Shown: positions 47,830 to 57,703 of the stretch, piece by piece | Numbering within the stretch: the first letter of the stretch is position 1 | Layout: every line of letters starts with the position of its first letter | From: an uncultured bacterium | GTDB lineage: Bacteria; Patescibacteriota; Minisyncoccia; UBA6257; 2-01-FULL-56-20 | DNA length: 64,000 nt | Direction of reading: 5' to 3' | NCBI GenBank assembly: GCA_963844965.1 | Contig: CAWJQC010000004.1 | Span: 152,489 to 216,488, forward strand | Program-made: the position numbers and the translations under genes | Notes under the pieces: generated by a model | The model's input: the letters and a program-made list of their open reading frames with translations, nothing else | What the model was told of the DNA's origin: nothing | Database searches by the model: none

Positions 47830-50223
47830 CCTTATTACGTCATGGAACTGGTGCGCGGCATCAAAATCACGGATTACTGTGACCAGAACAATCTTTCCAC
47901 GCGGGAACGGCTGGACCTGTTCATTCAAGTTTGCCAGGCCATCCAGCACGCGCACCAGAAAGGCGTCATCCATCGCGACATCAAGCCGTCGAATATCCTC
48001 GTCACTGTGAACGACGGCGTGCCCGTGCCCAAGGTCATTGACTTCGGCATCGCCAGGGCGACACAGGGACGGCTCACCGACAAAACTTTGTTCACCGCGT
48101 TCGAGCAATTCATCGGCACACCCGCCTACATGAGTCCCGAACAGGCGGTATTGACCAGTCTGGACATTGATACGCGCAGCGACATCTACAGCCTGGGCGT
48201 TCTGCTCTATGAATTGCTCACCGGCAAAACCCCCTTCGATGCGAATACCTTGCTTCAATCCGGGCTGGACTCGATGCGCCGCACGATTCGGGAAGTTGAA
48301 CCGCCGAAACCTTCAGCGCGGTTGAGCACGATGCTGGATGCCGAACGGGCGACCACGGCCAGCCACCGCCAGACGGAACCGCCCAAACTGATTCATCTGG
48401 TTCGCGGAGACCTGGACTGGATCGTGATGAAGTGCCTGGAGAAGGACCGCGGGCGGCGCTACGAGACGGCGAACGCCGTGGCGATGGACCTCCGGCGGCA
48501 TTTGAGTTGCGAACCGGTGCTCGCTTGTCCGCCCAGCCGGCTTTATGAGTTTCAAAAGACGGTCCGCCGCCACAAATTCGGCTTCGCGGCGGCGGCGGCA
48601 CTCATCACAGTGCTCGCGATCGGCGTGCTGGTGAGCTGGTCGGAAATGATACGGTCGCGGCGCGCGGAGCGGGAGCAAGCGCGTCTGCGCCAGCAAGCCC
48701 AGACCGAAGCGGCCAAGAGCCAGCAGGTGGCGCAGTTCCTCAAGGACATGCTCAACGGCGTCGGACCGAGCGTGGCGTTGGGTCGCGACACGACAATGCT
48801 GCGGGAGATTCTGGACAAGACCGCCGAGCGGGTGGGTAAAGACTTGAAAGACCAGCCGGATGTGGAAGCCAATCTGTGGAACACTCTCGGCGACGTTTAC
48901 TTGGATCTCGGCGAATATCAGAAAGCGGAAGCGATGCAGCGCGCGGGGTTGGCGATACGAATGAAACTGTTCGGCCACGAGAATTTGTACGTCGCCGTGT
49001 CGCTCTGGGGCTTGGCCGACGCGCTTCGGCGCAAAGGCAGCTTTGCCGAGTCGGAAACTTTGCTTCGTGATTCGCTAACGATTTTTAGAAAGCTGCGCGG
49101 TGATGAGAATCGGGACGTGGCCGCAGAGCTCTCCATGCTGGCCGACGTGCTCCGCTATGAAGGCAAGCTGGACGAGGCGGAGCCGATGCAACGGCAGGCG
49201 TTGTCCCTGAACAGGAAACTGTTCGGCAACAAAGATATAATGGTGGGTATTTCACTCAACAACCTGGCGCTGGTGCTCCGGTGGCAGGGCAAGTTCTCTG
49301 AAGCGGAAACGATGTTTCGCGAAGCGCTGGCGATATACAAAAAAGTGTTGGGCGACGAGGATCCAGAGATCGCCATTACCCTCGACAATCTGGCCAACGT
49401 GCTCCTCGACCAAGGCAGACTGACCGAGGCCGAAGCCACGTGTCGAGAGACGTTGGCAATGCGGAGAAAACTGCTGGGCAACGATCATCCAAAGGTGGCC
49501 GAGTCACTCAACAAACTGGCTTGGGTGCTTCAAAGGCAAGGCAAGCTGGCTGAAGCGGAAACGATGGTTCGCGAGGCGCTGGCGATGCTAAGAAAGTCGC
49601 AGGCCCGTGAGACTCCTGAGGCAGCCGACTTGCTCGGCAACCTGGCTTACCTTCTCCAAAGTGAGGGTAAGCTGAATGAGGCCGAAACCATGCAGCGCGA
49701 GGCGTTGATGATACAGAGAAGATTGCAGGGTGACGAGGGCCTGCGGGTGGGCGATTCGCTCGCCCAACTGACAGCCATCCTGCTTGACGAAAACAAATTT
49801 TCAGACGCCGAGCCGCCGGCTCGCGAGTGTCTGACCATAAGAGAGAAGATGATTCCTGATCTCTGGTGGACTTTCAACAGTCGTAGCCTGCTGGGCGGCA
49901 GTCTCCTGGGGCAGAAGAAATACGCGGAGGCCGAGCCGTTGCTCCTCTCCGGCTATGAGGGCATGAAACAACGCGAGGACAGGATTCCAGCGTATGGCAA
50001 GTTTCAACTGAAAAAGGCCCTTCAGCGCCTGGTGCAACTCTACGAAGCCACGGACCGACCCGATCAAGCCGCCCAATGGAAGCAGAAGCTGGCGGAGTTC
50101 GACAAGGCCGAAACCGGGAAGAAGGCCGACGCGCCCCAATCGCAGGCTGACGCCATCACTCCCGTCCTTCTGCCTGAAGCCAAAGCGCTGATCGAAGGTG
50201 AGGGCGCAGTCACCAGAAAGTAG
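47830..50223 (+). CDS. Ser/Thr protein kinase with the N-terminal lobe missing (starts at subdomain V), followed by a TM segment and a long TPR-repeat domain
   Basis: [15 protein letters not shown], catalytic loop [47 protein letters not shown], then at least 8 TPR-like repeats. Confidence 0.8.
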   Translation, partial: PYYVMELVRGIKITDYCDQNNLSTRERLDLFIQVCQAIQHAHQKGVIHRDIKPSNILVTVNDGVPVPKVIDFGIARATQGRLTDKTLFTAFEQFIGTPAYMSPEQAVLTSLDIDTRSDIYSLGVLLYELLTGKTPFDANTLLQSGLDSMRRTIREVEPPKPSARLSTMLDAERATTASHRQTEPPKLIHLVRGDLDWIVMKCLEKDRGRRYETANAVAMDLRRHLSCEPVLACPPSRLYEFQKTVRRHKFGFAAAAALITVLAIGVLVSWSEMIRSRRAEREQARLRQQAQTEAAKSQQVAQFLKDMLNGVGPSVALGRDTTMLREILDKTAERVGKDLKDQPDVEANLWNTLGDVYLDLGEYQKAEAMQRAGLAIRMKLFGHENLYVAVSLWGLADALRRKGSFAESETLLRDSLTIFRKLRGDENRDVAAELSMLADVLRYEGKLDEAEPMQRQALSLNRKLFGNKDIMVGISLNNLALVLRWQGKFSEAETMFREALAIYKKVLGDEDPEIAITLDNLANVLLDQGRLTEAEATCRETLAMRRKLLGNDHPKVAESLNKLAWVLQRQGKLAEAETMVREALAMLRKSQARETPEAADLLGNLAYLLQSEGKLNEAETMQREALMIQRRLQGDEGLRVGDSLAQLTAILLDENKFSDAEPPARECLTIREKMIPDLWWTFNSRSLLGGSLLGQKKYAEAEPLLLSGYEGMKQREDRIPAYGKFQLKKALQRLVQLYEATDRPDQAAQWKQKLAEFDKAETGKKADAPQSQADAITPVLLPEAKALIEGEGAVTRK

Positions 50224-50558
50224 CGCAGGCGAGACTTGCCATGTTCAACATTCCGTCCGCCCTTCTTCAGACCCGGGCCGCTTCTTAAAAAAATCCTTCA
50301 TTTACCGCTTGATTTCGCGTCAATGGGCGTCCGTTCGTGATTCGAACTTCCCTCTGCAAATTAATTTGCGCCTTTGGCCCCGGAATTCCGCATTGGCTAA
50401 CGGTGGGCCAATCAGCTCACCCATTGAAAACGAAAAATTGCTGAAAAGGCACAATTATGAATGGCCTGAACCCTTCCCGAAAGCCGGCAGCCGTTCGGCA
50501 CGCCGGTGGTTACCTGTTCCTGCTGGCCGGTTTCCATCTTAGTCACATTCACAGGACA

Positions 50559-51701
50559 ATGCGGGCGGTCGTCTGCGCGCTTTGGGTTCTGACGACGGCT
50601 TCCTGCGCAGATGCCGCCGCCAGCCTCACCTCGCTACCCTGGGTGGGGGGCGACAATTTCAACTACAATACAACCGGCGTCAGCGGTGACGGCTCGGTCG
50701 TCGTTGGCACCAGCGGTTATGACACCTCCGGATACGGCGACTTCTACCAAGCCTTTCGCTGGACCGCTGGCTCTGGCAGCGTCGCCCTGGGCGGCAGTTA
50801 CAGCTACGCGAGCGGCGTCAGCGCCGACGGCTCGGTCATTGTCGGCTCAGGCTCCTCCACCTCCGGCAACCAAGCCTTCCGCTGGACCGCCGGTTCCGGC
50901 ATGGTTGGCTTGGGCCACCTGCCGGGCACCACGAACAGCACCGCCACCGGCGTCAGCGGCGACGGCTCGGTCGTCGTTGGCACAAGCTCCTCCGGCTCCG
51001 GCAGCCAAGCCTTCCGCTGGACCGTCGGCTCCGGCATGGTCAGCTTGGGCCACCTGCCGGGCGGCACGAACAGCTCCGCTGCCGGCGTCAGTGCCGACGG
51101 CTCGGTCGTCGTTGACACAAGTTCCTCCGCCTCCGGCGGCCAAGCCTTCCGCTGGACCGCTGGCTCCGGCATGGTCGGCTTGGGCTACCTGCCGGGCGGC
51201 AATTCCAGCAGCGCCACCGCCGTCAGCGGCGACGGCTCGGTCGTCGTAGGCAACGGCGTAGGCAATGATGGCTACGACGAAGCCTTCCGCTGGACCGCTG
51301 GCTCCGGCATGCAGAGCCTGTGGGACGTGCTGGCAACGAATGGCTTGAACTTTGACCCTGCCGAGCTGCTGATAGCCTCCGGCATCAGCGCCGACGGCAA
51401 CACGATCGTCGGCACCGACTACTTATCCACTTCCGATTACACCCTTGAGTTTGGCTTCGTCGCTACCCTGCCCGGGTTGATTGTGGGCAGCCCGGTGCTG
51501 AGTATCAACTCCTGGTCGTCCACAGCCCATCAGCTCGTGCTCTCCTGGAGCACGAACTACACGGGCTGCACGCTGCAAAGTTCAACCAACCTCGGCTCGA
51601 CGAATTGGACGGACTGCGCCAGCTCAGCCGTCTCGGGCGCCTCCTTCGTCGTCACCAATTCGATGTCCGTCGGCGCGCAATTCTTCCGGCTCAAGCGATG
51701 A
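50559..51701 (+). CDS. HAF-family extracellular repeat protein (5 tandem ~40-aa repeats) with a C-terminal β-sandwich-like tail
   Basis: Repeats QAFRWTAGSGMVGLGHLPGGTNSSATGVSGDGSVVVG are visible at the DNA level as ~120-bp tandem repeats. Signal peptide MRAVVCALWVLTTASCADA. Confidence 0.65.
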   Translation: MRAVVCALWVLTTASCADAAASLTSLPWVGGDNFNYNTTGVSGDGSVVVGTSGYDTSGYGDFYQAFRWTAGSGSVALGGSYSYASGVSADGSVIVGSGSSTSGNQAFRWTAGSGMVGLGHLPGTTNSTATGVSGDGSVVVGTSSSGSGSQAFRWTVGSGMVSLGHLPGGTNSSAAGVSADGSVVVDTSSSASGGQAFRWTAGSGMVGLGYLPGGNSSSATAVSGDGSVVVGNGVGNDGYDEAFRWTAGSGMQSLWDVLATNGLNFDPAELLIASGISADGNTIVGTDYLSTSDYTLEFGFVATLPGLIVGSPVLSINSWSSTAHQLVLSWSTNYTGCTLQSSTNLGSTNWTDCASSAVSGASFVVTNSMSVGAQFFRLKR

Positions 51702-51978
51702 AACACGACGAGCCGGTCAAGCGATATGATTTTCCCCGAGTGGAAAGGATGCGGGTCAAATGGAGATCGGTTGTCGCCGGAGCGGGCTGCGCCACCCTTT
51801 GCCTGTCCGCCCGGCCATCGCTGGCCGATGAACAGATGTTCGGCTTCACGCGCGGAAACATGAGCTGCGACCTCGCTGGCAAGAGTTTGACTTCCTTGTC
51901 ACAGACGCGGGAGGCCAGCGGTCAACAGCATAGTAGAACCAAATAATATAAGGAATATAAGAATAAAAACCTGAACCT

Positions 51979-53022
51979 ATGAAAACGAAATTCAAATCCA
52001 CCATTCGTGCCGCGTGTCAACCATTCGGCGCACCGGTCTGTGCGGGAGCGCTCCTGCTGATTGCCTCCAGCGCGCCGGCGCAGAATCTGTTTGTGACCCA
52101 ACAAGGCAACCCTGGTTACCCTTCCTTTGGCACCGATGGCGGCGTCACTGAAATCACGCCGGGCGGAGCGCAAAGCGCCTTTGCCACTGGGGTGTATGAT
52201 CCTCAAGGCCTGGCCTTTGACAGCGCAGGCAATCTGTTTGTGGCGGGTTTAGCCTACGGCAACATCTATGAGTTCACGCCGGGCGGAGTGCAAAGCACCT
52301 TTGCCTCCGGGTTGAGTGCTCCTGTGGGACTGGCCTTTAACAGCGCGGGCAATCTGTTTGAGGCGGATGAAGTCAGCGGCAACATCTATGAATTCACGCC
52401 GGGCGGAGTGCGAAGCACCTTTGCCTCCGGGTTGCCTGCTTATGGACCTATTGACCTGGCCTTTGATAGCGCGGGCAATCTGTTTGTCGCGAATGAAACC
52501 GGCAACACCATCATTGAAATCACGCCGGGCGGAGGGCAAAGCACCTTTGCCACTGGGTTGAGTGAACCTCGGGGACTGGCCTTTAACAGCGCGGGCAATC
52601 TGTTTGAGGCGGATGAAGGCAGCGGCAACATCTATGAGTTCACGCCGGGCGGAGGGCAAAGCACCTTTGCCTCCGGGTTGCCCGATCCTAATGGACTGGC
52701 CTTTAACAGTGCGGGTGATCTGTTTGAGGCGGATTACGGCAGCGGCAACATCTATGAATTCACGCCGGACGGAGCGCAAAGCACCTTTGCCTCCGGGGTG
52801 GGGGGTAGTCCGACCTTTCTCGCCTTTCAAGACGTAACCTTGCCCGTGCCGGAACCGTCGGCTTTGGGCTTGCTGGCCGTCGGCGTCACCGCACTCCTCG
52901 TCCGCCGCCGCCCAAGCTGGCCGCTGGTTCAGCCTCCTTCTGGTATTGGCTTACTGAGTTACATGCGGGCGCGAAAAGGCAATTTCCTATCAGTGAAAGG
53001 AAGAATTAAATGCATCGTTTGA
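51979..53022 (+). CDS. NHL-like β-propeller repeat protein (6 × ~42 aa) with a PEP-CTERM sorting signal
   Basis: Repeats GNIYEFTPGGxQSTFASGLxxPxGLAFNSAGNLFEAD. C-terminus VPEPSALGLLAVGVTALLVRRR. Confidence 0.7.
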   Translation: MKTKFKSTIRAACQPFGAPVCAGALLLIASSAPAQNLFVTQQGNPGYPSFGTDGGVTEITPGGAQSAFATGVYDPQGLAFDSAGNLFVAGLAYGNIYEFTPGGVQSTFASGLSAPVGLAFNSAGNLFEADEVSGNIYEFTPGGVRSTFASGLPAYGPIDLAFDSAGNLFVANETGNTIIEITPGGGQSTFATGLSEPRGLAFNSAGNLFEADEGSGNIYEFTPGGGQSTFASGLPDPNGLAFNSAGDLFEADYGSGNIYEFTPDGAQSTFASGVGGSPTFLAFQDVTLPVPEPSALGLLAVGVTALLVRRRPSWPLVQPPSGIGLLSYMRARKGNFLSVKGRIKCIV

Positions 53023-54176
53023 ACTTACTTCATCGTGCCAAGGTCGCGACTTTGGCAGGTGCTGCATTGCGAAGCACTCGAAGGTCGCTGGTTCCAGCAT
53101 CGGTAGTGGCGCTGTTGGGTATGGCCATTCCCGCGCATGCCCTCGTGATCAATCCGACCTTTGACAGTTCGTTGACAAACCTCGCAAACGCGGCGCAGTG
53201 GGAATCTGCAATCAACTATGCTGACGGGCAATTTGCGTCGCTTTTCACCAACCCGATTACCATTAACATTACGTTCAAGGCCGGTGCGATCCCAGGCTAC
53301 CTCGGACAAAATCGCTTCAACGGTCAATCCATTGGCAATTATGCCACCGTGAAGGCGGTTCTGGCCGCTCATGCCAAGTCGCCCGATGACGCCACCTCGA
53401 TTGCCAATCTTCCGATTTCAGATCCGACTGGCGGTGGGAACTTTATATTGGCGGACGCTCAGGCGAAGGCTTTGGGTGTTCGTGCCGCCAATAACCCAAG
53501 CACGGATGGCAACATCACGCTTAGTTATCTCTATTCCTACACATTCGACCCCAACAATCGGGCGGTCAGCGGTTCCTACGATTTCATCGGCAGCGCGGAA
53601 CATGAAATCTCCGAGGTCATGGGTCGAGTGGGAAATGCAAACATCGATGGCGGCAATTTCGGAGTCCTTGACTTGTTCGGGTATCAATTCGGCGCAGGCG
53701 GCACGGGTACCGGAGTCCTCAACCTTGCCCAGAACCAGGACAATAATTATTTCTGCATAGACGGCGGTATCACGCCCCTGAAACTCTACAACAACCACGC
53801 CAACGGCGAAGACGATAAGGATTGGGGCCCCGGAACCGACGACTCCTTTAATGCATACTCTTATTCCGGCGTTGCCAACTTGATGTCGCCAGTGGACATC
53901 CGTGAGATGGACGTGATCGGCTACGACCTGGCCATTCCTGAGCCGACTTCCCTTGCCATCATCACCACCAACGCGGCGTTTGGCTTCACGGGCGGCGTGT
54001 TTGGTTTCGACGTGTCCGGCCCATCCGGCACCAACGTGGTCATTCAGGCCAGCACGGACCTGCAAACCTGGATTCCGCTGCAAACCAATCTGCTCGGCAG
54101 CGGGCCGCTCTATTTCTCCGATCCGCAGTCCACCACCAACGTCCAGCGTTTCTACCGCGCCCAATTATCGCCTTAA
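53010..54176 (+). CDS. Secreted hypothetical protein. Its C-terminal ~60 aa resemble the tail of the HAF-repeat protein.
   Basis: Signal peptide. Shared tail pattern LQxSTNL…W…(F)YR(A/L). Confidence 0.5.
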   Translation: MHRLNLLHRAKVATLAGAALRSTRRSLVPASVVALLGMAIPAHALVINPTFDSSLTNLANAAQWESAINYADGQFASLFTNPITINITFKAGAIPGYLGQNRFNGQSIGNYATVKAVLAAHAKSPDDATSIANLPISDPTGGGNFILADAQAKALGVRAANNPSTDGNITLSYLYSYTFDPNNRAVSGSYDFIGSAEHEISEVMGRVGNANIDGGNFGVLDLFGYQFGAGGTGTGVLNLAQNQDNNYFCIDGGITPLKLYNNHANGEDDKDWGPGTDDSFNAYSYSGVANLMSPVDIREMDVIGYDLAIPEPTSLAIITTNAAFGFTGGVFGFDVSGPSGTNVVIQASTDLQTWIPLQTNLLGSGPLYFSDPQSTTNVQRFYRAQLSP

Positions 54177-54286
54177 AGCCTGATGTTTTATCGGCTCCAA
54201 CAATGAAATGGACGGCGTGAAGTTGCGGGTTGCGCAGATGCCCAATTTTCTGGCAAAACGCCGGAGAATCTGGTATTAGTCGCTGA

Positions 54287-54853
54287 TTGAGCGACGTCAC
54301 CCGCATTCTGGAGTCCATCGAGCACGGCGACCCCAAGGCCGCCGATGAACTGCTGCCGCTGGTTTATGGCGAACTGCGCAAGCTCGCGGCATCGCGCATG
54401 GCCAACGAAGCACCCAACCAAACGTTGCAACCCACCGCGCTCGTGCATGAAGCCTGGCTGCGGCTGGTCGGCAACACGGAACCAAAATTTGAAAATCGCG
54501 CGCATTTTTTCGCTGCCGCCGCCGAGGCGATGCGCCGCATCCTCATTGACAAGGCTCGCCGCAAACGCGCCGTGCGTCATGGCGGCGATCAGCAGCGCGT
54601 GGACTTGGAAGATGTGGAAGTTGCCGCGCCGGGCGACGACGACGAACTCCTCGCTGTAAACGAAGCGCTCGACAAACTCGCCGCGCAGAACAAGCTTGAA
54701 GCCGAATTGGTGAAGCTGCGTTACTTCGTTGGCATGACCCTCGAAGAAGCTGCCGAAGTGCTGGGCATCTCCGCCCGCACCGCCGACAACTACTGGGCCC
54801 ACGCCCGCGCCTGGCTCTTTCGTGAGATTAACGCCGCTCGAACAACCGGCTAA
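54287..54853 (+). CDS. ECF-type RNA polymerase sigma factor (Planctomycetes/Verrucomicrobia Gob-type, TIGR02999-like)
   Basis: N-terminus TRILESIEHGDPKAADELLPLVYGELRKLA. Region 4 LVKLRYFVGMTLEEAAEVLGISARTADNYWAHARAWL. Confidence 0.8.
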   Translation: MSDVTRILESIEHGDPKAADELLPLVYGELRKLAASRMANEAPNQTLQPTALVHEAWLRLVGNTEPKFENRAHFFAAAAEAMRRILIDKARRKRAVRHGGDQQRVDLEDVEVAAPGDDDELLAVNEALDKLAAQNKLEAELVKLRYFVGMTLEEAAEVLGISARTADNYWAHARAWLFREINAARTTG

Positions 54854-54859
54854 TCTTTC

Positions 54860-55144
54860 CGGTGGTAAGACCTCGCCCGACAACTTGCGCCACGACAGCC
54901 CGAACCAGTCGGCGGCGCGGCGATGCTCAAGGCGCTCGCCGGACCGTTCGCGCACACGGGCGTCAAGTTCGTCCCCACCGGCGGCATCAACGCCGCGAAT
55001 CTGCCGGAATATCTGGCGATTCCGCAGGTCGCGGCCATTGGCGGTTCCTGGATGGCCGAACGCAAACTGGTCGTGGAAAAGGCGTGGTCGAAAATCACCG
55101 CCCTGACCGCTGAAGCGATGAAAGTTGTTGCGCAGGCAAAGTAG
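54860..55144 (+). pseudogene. eda: C-terminal remnant of KDPG/KHG aldolase (Eda)
   Basis: MLKALAGPFAHTGVKFVPTGGINAANLPEYLAIPQVAAIGGSWM matches the Eda C-terminus. No upstream aldolase sequence is present. Confidence 0.6.
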
Positions 55145-55242
55145 CGCAGGCGTCCCGCCTGCCAGCGAACGCTCAGCACGAGCGTCAAAAAATTATTTGC
55201 GCCAGTCTTTGTATGACACGCAGGCGAGACGCCTGCGCTACA

Positions 55243-57648
55243 TTAATTCCCAATCGTCACCTGCAACGGCGCAGCGCGGCGTTCGGCAAAGCGGCGAACA
55301 TAATCCTCCCACTGAACGTGATTCGTGAAATCGCCGCTGCGATCCCAGCACGCACCGAAGTAATACGAGAACGGCTGGCCAAGCTCGGCCTGCGAAATTG
55401 CGAGCAGATCACGGATTGGCGGCGCGCCTTCGTGTGTCGGTTGCGGCACCACGGCATGGATTTTTGACTCCGGCATGTCCGGAACGTCATTCGTAAATGC
55501 CTCCACGCTGCCCTTTGCCAAAACAATAGCATCGCCGATGATGCCTTTCGGTTTGTCTTCCGGTTGCCAATAACTCATCCAGCCTTCACTTTGGTCATGT
55601 GCGATGAATTCTTCGCGGTTGGTGGGGCACGCGCGCTCGGCCAGCCCGATACCAATGGTCAGCGGCGAATTGGTTTCGCTGCTGAACGTGCTTTGCGCCT
55701 TGGTGAACCACGAGCCGGCGTCAATGCTGTAGCGTTTGGTTTCGGAAACTTTCCGACCGTTGCCGGCATCCCAGGCGTCATAGGTCAATTCAAACTCCGA
55801 CCGGATCGGGCCGGTGGTAATCAGCCGCCAGTTGCGGTAATTGCTGGAGACATAAAGTTTTTGGCCGTCCCAGATGCCCACACCGCCGCAACCGCGGCTT
55901 TTGCCCACGCGGTAATCGTCCATGAACTCGCCGTTATCCTCGTGATAATGCTTGGTGGCATACATCACGTCCACGATGAGGCCGCGGTTCTTTTTGATCC
56001 AGACATCCGGGCCGCTGCTGATGGTCCCCTCACCCTTGATGAGCGCCTGGCCGTAGGTGCGGTGCGCGATGCGGTCGCTTTCCCACGCGAAATCGTCCAT
56101 CCGTTCCGGCACATAACGCGCCAACGTCTTCACAATCGGCGGCGGCACGGCGACCAGGGGGGAAAGCTCCATAATGTAAAACGTCCGCGTCTCGCCCGGC
56201 GCAAGGTCAACCTGGAAAACTAATTTGTCCGGAATTGAATTTGATTCGCTGGCATAACATTGCGAAGTCAATATGCGTGAGGAAAGGCCGTCCATCACCT
56301 TCAAATCGCCCAATATCTGAACCGGCTGTAAATATATCCTGAGGTCGGGCAAATTAATTTCGACCGTCTCAACGTCGCGACGGAAGTTCGCCGGATTCGT
56401 CACTTTAACCACCGCTGGCTTTTCGTTTTCCAAAACCGCCATCCGATAAACCTCGCTGCCCGCAAGCAAAAAGGCACCGACTCCGAAAGGGGCGGTCGAA
56501 TCGTCCATGAATTTCTTCGGGTCGCTGCCGACCGGCTGAACGTGCGTCAATTTGCCGTCGGCATCCACACAGCCGACCAGCGCCGCCCACGCTTTGCGGA
56601 CGGCGGGTTCAAATTTTGCGCGGTCAAGCAGGCCCTGATTCACGCCCCAAGCCAGTGCGTAGGTGTAAAAACCGGAACCGCTGGTTTCTTTGAGCGGATA
56701 GCTTTCCGGGTCGAGCAGGCTCGCGCGCCAGAGTCCGTCCGGCTGCTGGCACGACAGGATTTTTTCCGCCATGTCCTTGAACAGTTGCTCAAAACGCGTA
56801 CGGTCGGGATGGTTCGTCGGCAGGTATTGCAGCACGCGGACGAGGCCGGCCATCACCCAGCCGTTGCCGCGCGCCCAGAAGACTTTTTTTCCGTTCGCCT
56901 CGCGCTTTTTGAAAAAAGTGCTGTCGCGGAAAAAGAGATGCTCGTCCTTGTCGTAAAGATAATCCGCTGTGCGCCACCAGTTCGTCACGGCAAAATCAAG
57001 GTAGCGCGAATCGTCCGTCGCCGCGTAAAGCCGCACCCACGTCGGCGGCCCCATGAACAACGAGTCGCACCACGACCAGTTTTCGCGCGCCTTGCTCTGC
57101 GGCTTCGTGAACTCAAGGCTCTGCACTTCAGTGGGTTTGGCGAGAATGGCGTCAAATTTTTCGCGCAGCGGCGCGATCATCTTGTTTTCGCGGTAGAGAA
57201 AATAAAGCTCCGCCCAGGTCTGGCCGATGCAATGGTCGTCGGCATCGTAAAGCCGGGTCTCCAGTTTCCATTGGTTGGTCTCGCCGAGCGCCAGCATGGC
57301 GTCCCGATATTTGGCGTCGCCGGAAATTCCCGCCAGCGCCATCATGCCGGCGTCGCCCGCCGCCTGAATCCAGCCGGTGGCCGCGTTGGTCAAAGGATTC
57401 GCCAGTTGCCAGTCCGCCACGCGCTGCATCGCCTTGAGAACGGCGTGTGGCGTAATCTGAGATGAAAGCGGCATGATGAGTGCGCCTTCCAAGCGTTCGT
57501 GATGGATATTCGGCTGCTCCAAATTGGGCGGCACCTGCGGCGTTGGTGTAATAATGTCTGGCGCGGGCTGCTGCGCACACAGTTGGAAATTGGTCAAGAA
57601 CAGAATTGCCGCCATGAACCTGGCGGAACGAGTGAGAGGATTTTTCAT
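55243..57648 (-). CDS. Glycoside hydrolase family 105 (unsaturated rhamnogalacturonyl hydrolase-like) fused to a C-terminal DUF4861 domain. Secreted.
   Basis: WARGNGWVMAGLVRVLQYLPTNHPDR. Signal peptide. ~330-aa C-terminal extension. Confidence 0.65.
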   Translation of the reverse strand: MKNPLTRSARFMAAILFLTNFQLCAQQPAPDIITPTPQVPPNLEQPNIHHERLEGALIMPLSSQITPHAVLKAMQRVADWQLANPLTNAATGWIQAAGDAGMMALAGISGDAKYRDAMLALGETNQWKLETRLYDADDHCIGQTWAELYFLYRENKMIAPLREKFDAILAKPTEVQSLEFTKPQSKARENWSWCDSLFMGPPTWVRLYAATDDSRYLDFAVTNWWRTADYLYDKDEHLFFRDSTFFKKREANGKKVFWARGNGWVMAGLVRVLQYLPTNHPDRTRFEQLFKDMAEKILSCQQPDGLWRASLLDPESYPLKETSGSGFYTYALAWGVNQGLLDRAKFEPAVRKAWAALVGCVDADGKLTHVQPVGSDPKKFMDDSTAPFGVGAFLLAGSEVYRMAVLENEKPAVVKVTNPANFRRDVETVEINLPDLRIYLQPVQILGDLKVMDGLSSRILTSQCYASESNSIPDKLVFQVDLAPGETRTFYIMELSPLVAVPPPIVKTLARYVPERMDDFAWESDRIAHRTYGQALIKGEGTISSGPDVWIKKNRGLIVDVMYATKHYHEDNGEFMDDYRVGKSRGCGGVGIWDGQKLYVSSNYRNWRLITTGPIRSEFELTYDAWDAGNGRKVSETKRYSIDAGSWFTKAQSTFSSETNSPLTIGIGLAERACPTNREEFIAHDQSEGWMSYWQPEDKPKGIIGDAIVLAKGSVEAFTNDVPDMPESKIHAVVPQPTHEGAPPIRDLLAISQAELGQPFSYYFGACWDRSGDFTNHVQWEDYVRRFAERRAAPLQVTIGN

Positions 57649-57703
57649 GGTGAATGCCTAATCGGATGCAGATGCGATTTTAAATGTCGAACAGATAAAA
57701 TGG

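Noticed and set aside
50611-51249. 212-aa Ala/Pro/Arg-rich ORF
   Set aside because: It is an alternative frame of the HAF-repeat gene, and its repetitiveness derives from the same DNA repeats.
52249-52830. 193-aa minus-strand ORF
   Set aside because: It is antisense to the NHL-like tandem repeats of the PEP-CTERM protein. Its own repeats mirror the sense-strand DNA repeats, so it is spurious.
54188-54955. 255-aa minus-strand ORF
   Set aside because: It is antisense to the well-supported ECF sigma factor gene. This is a high-GC open-frame artefact.
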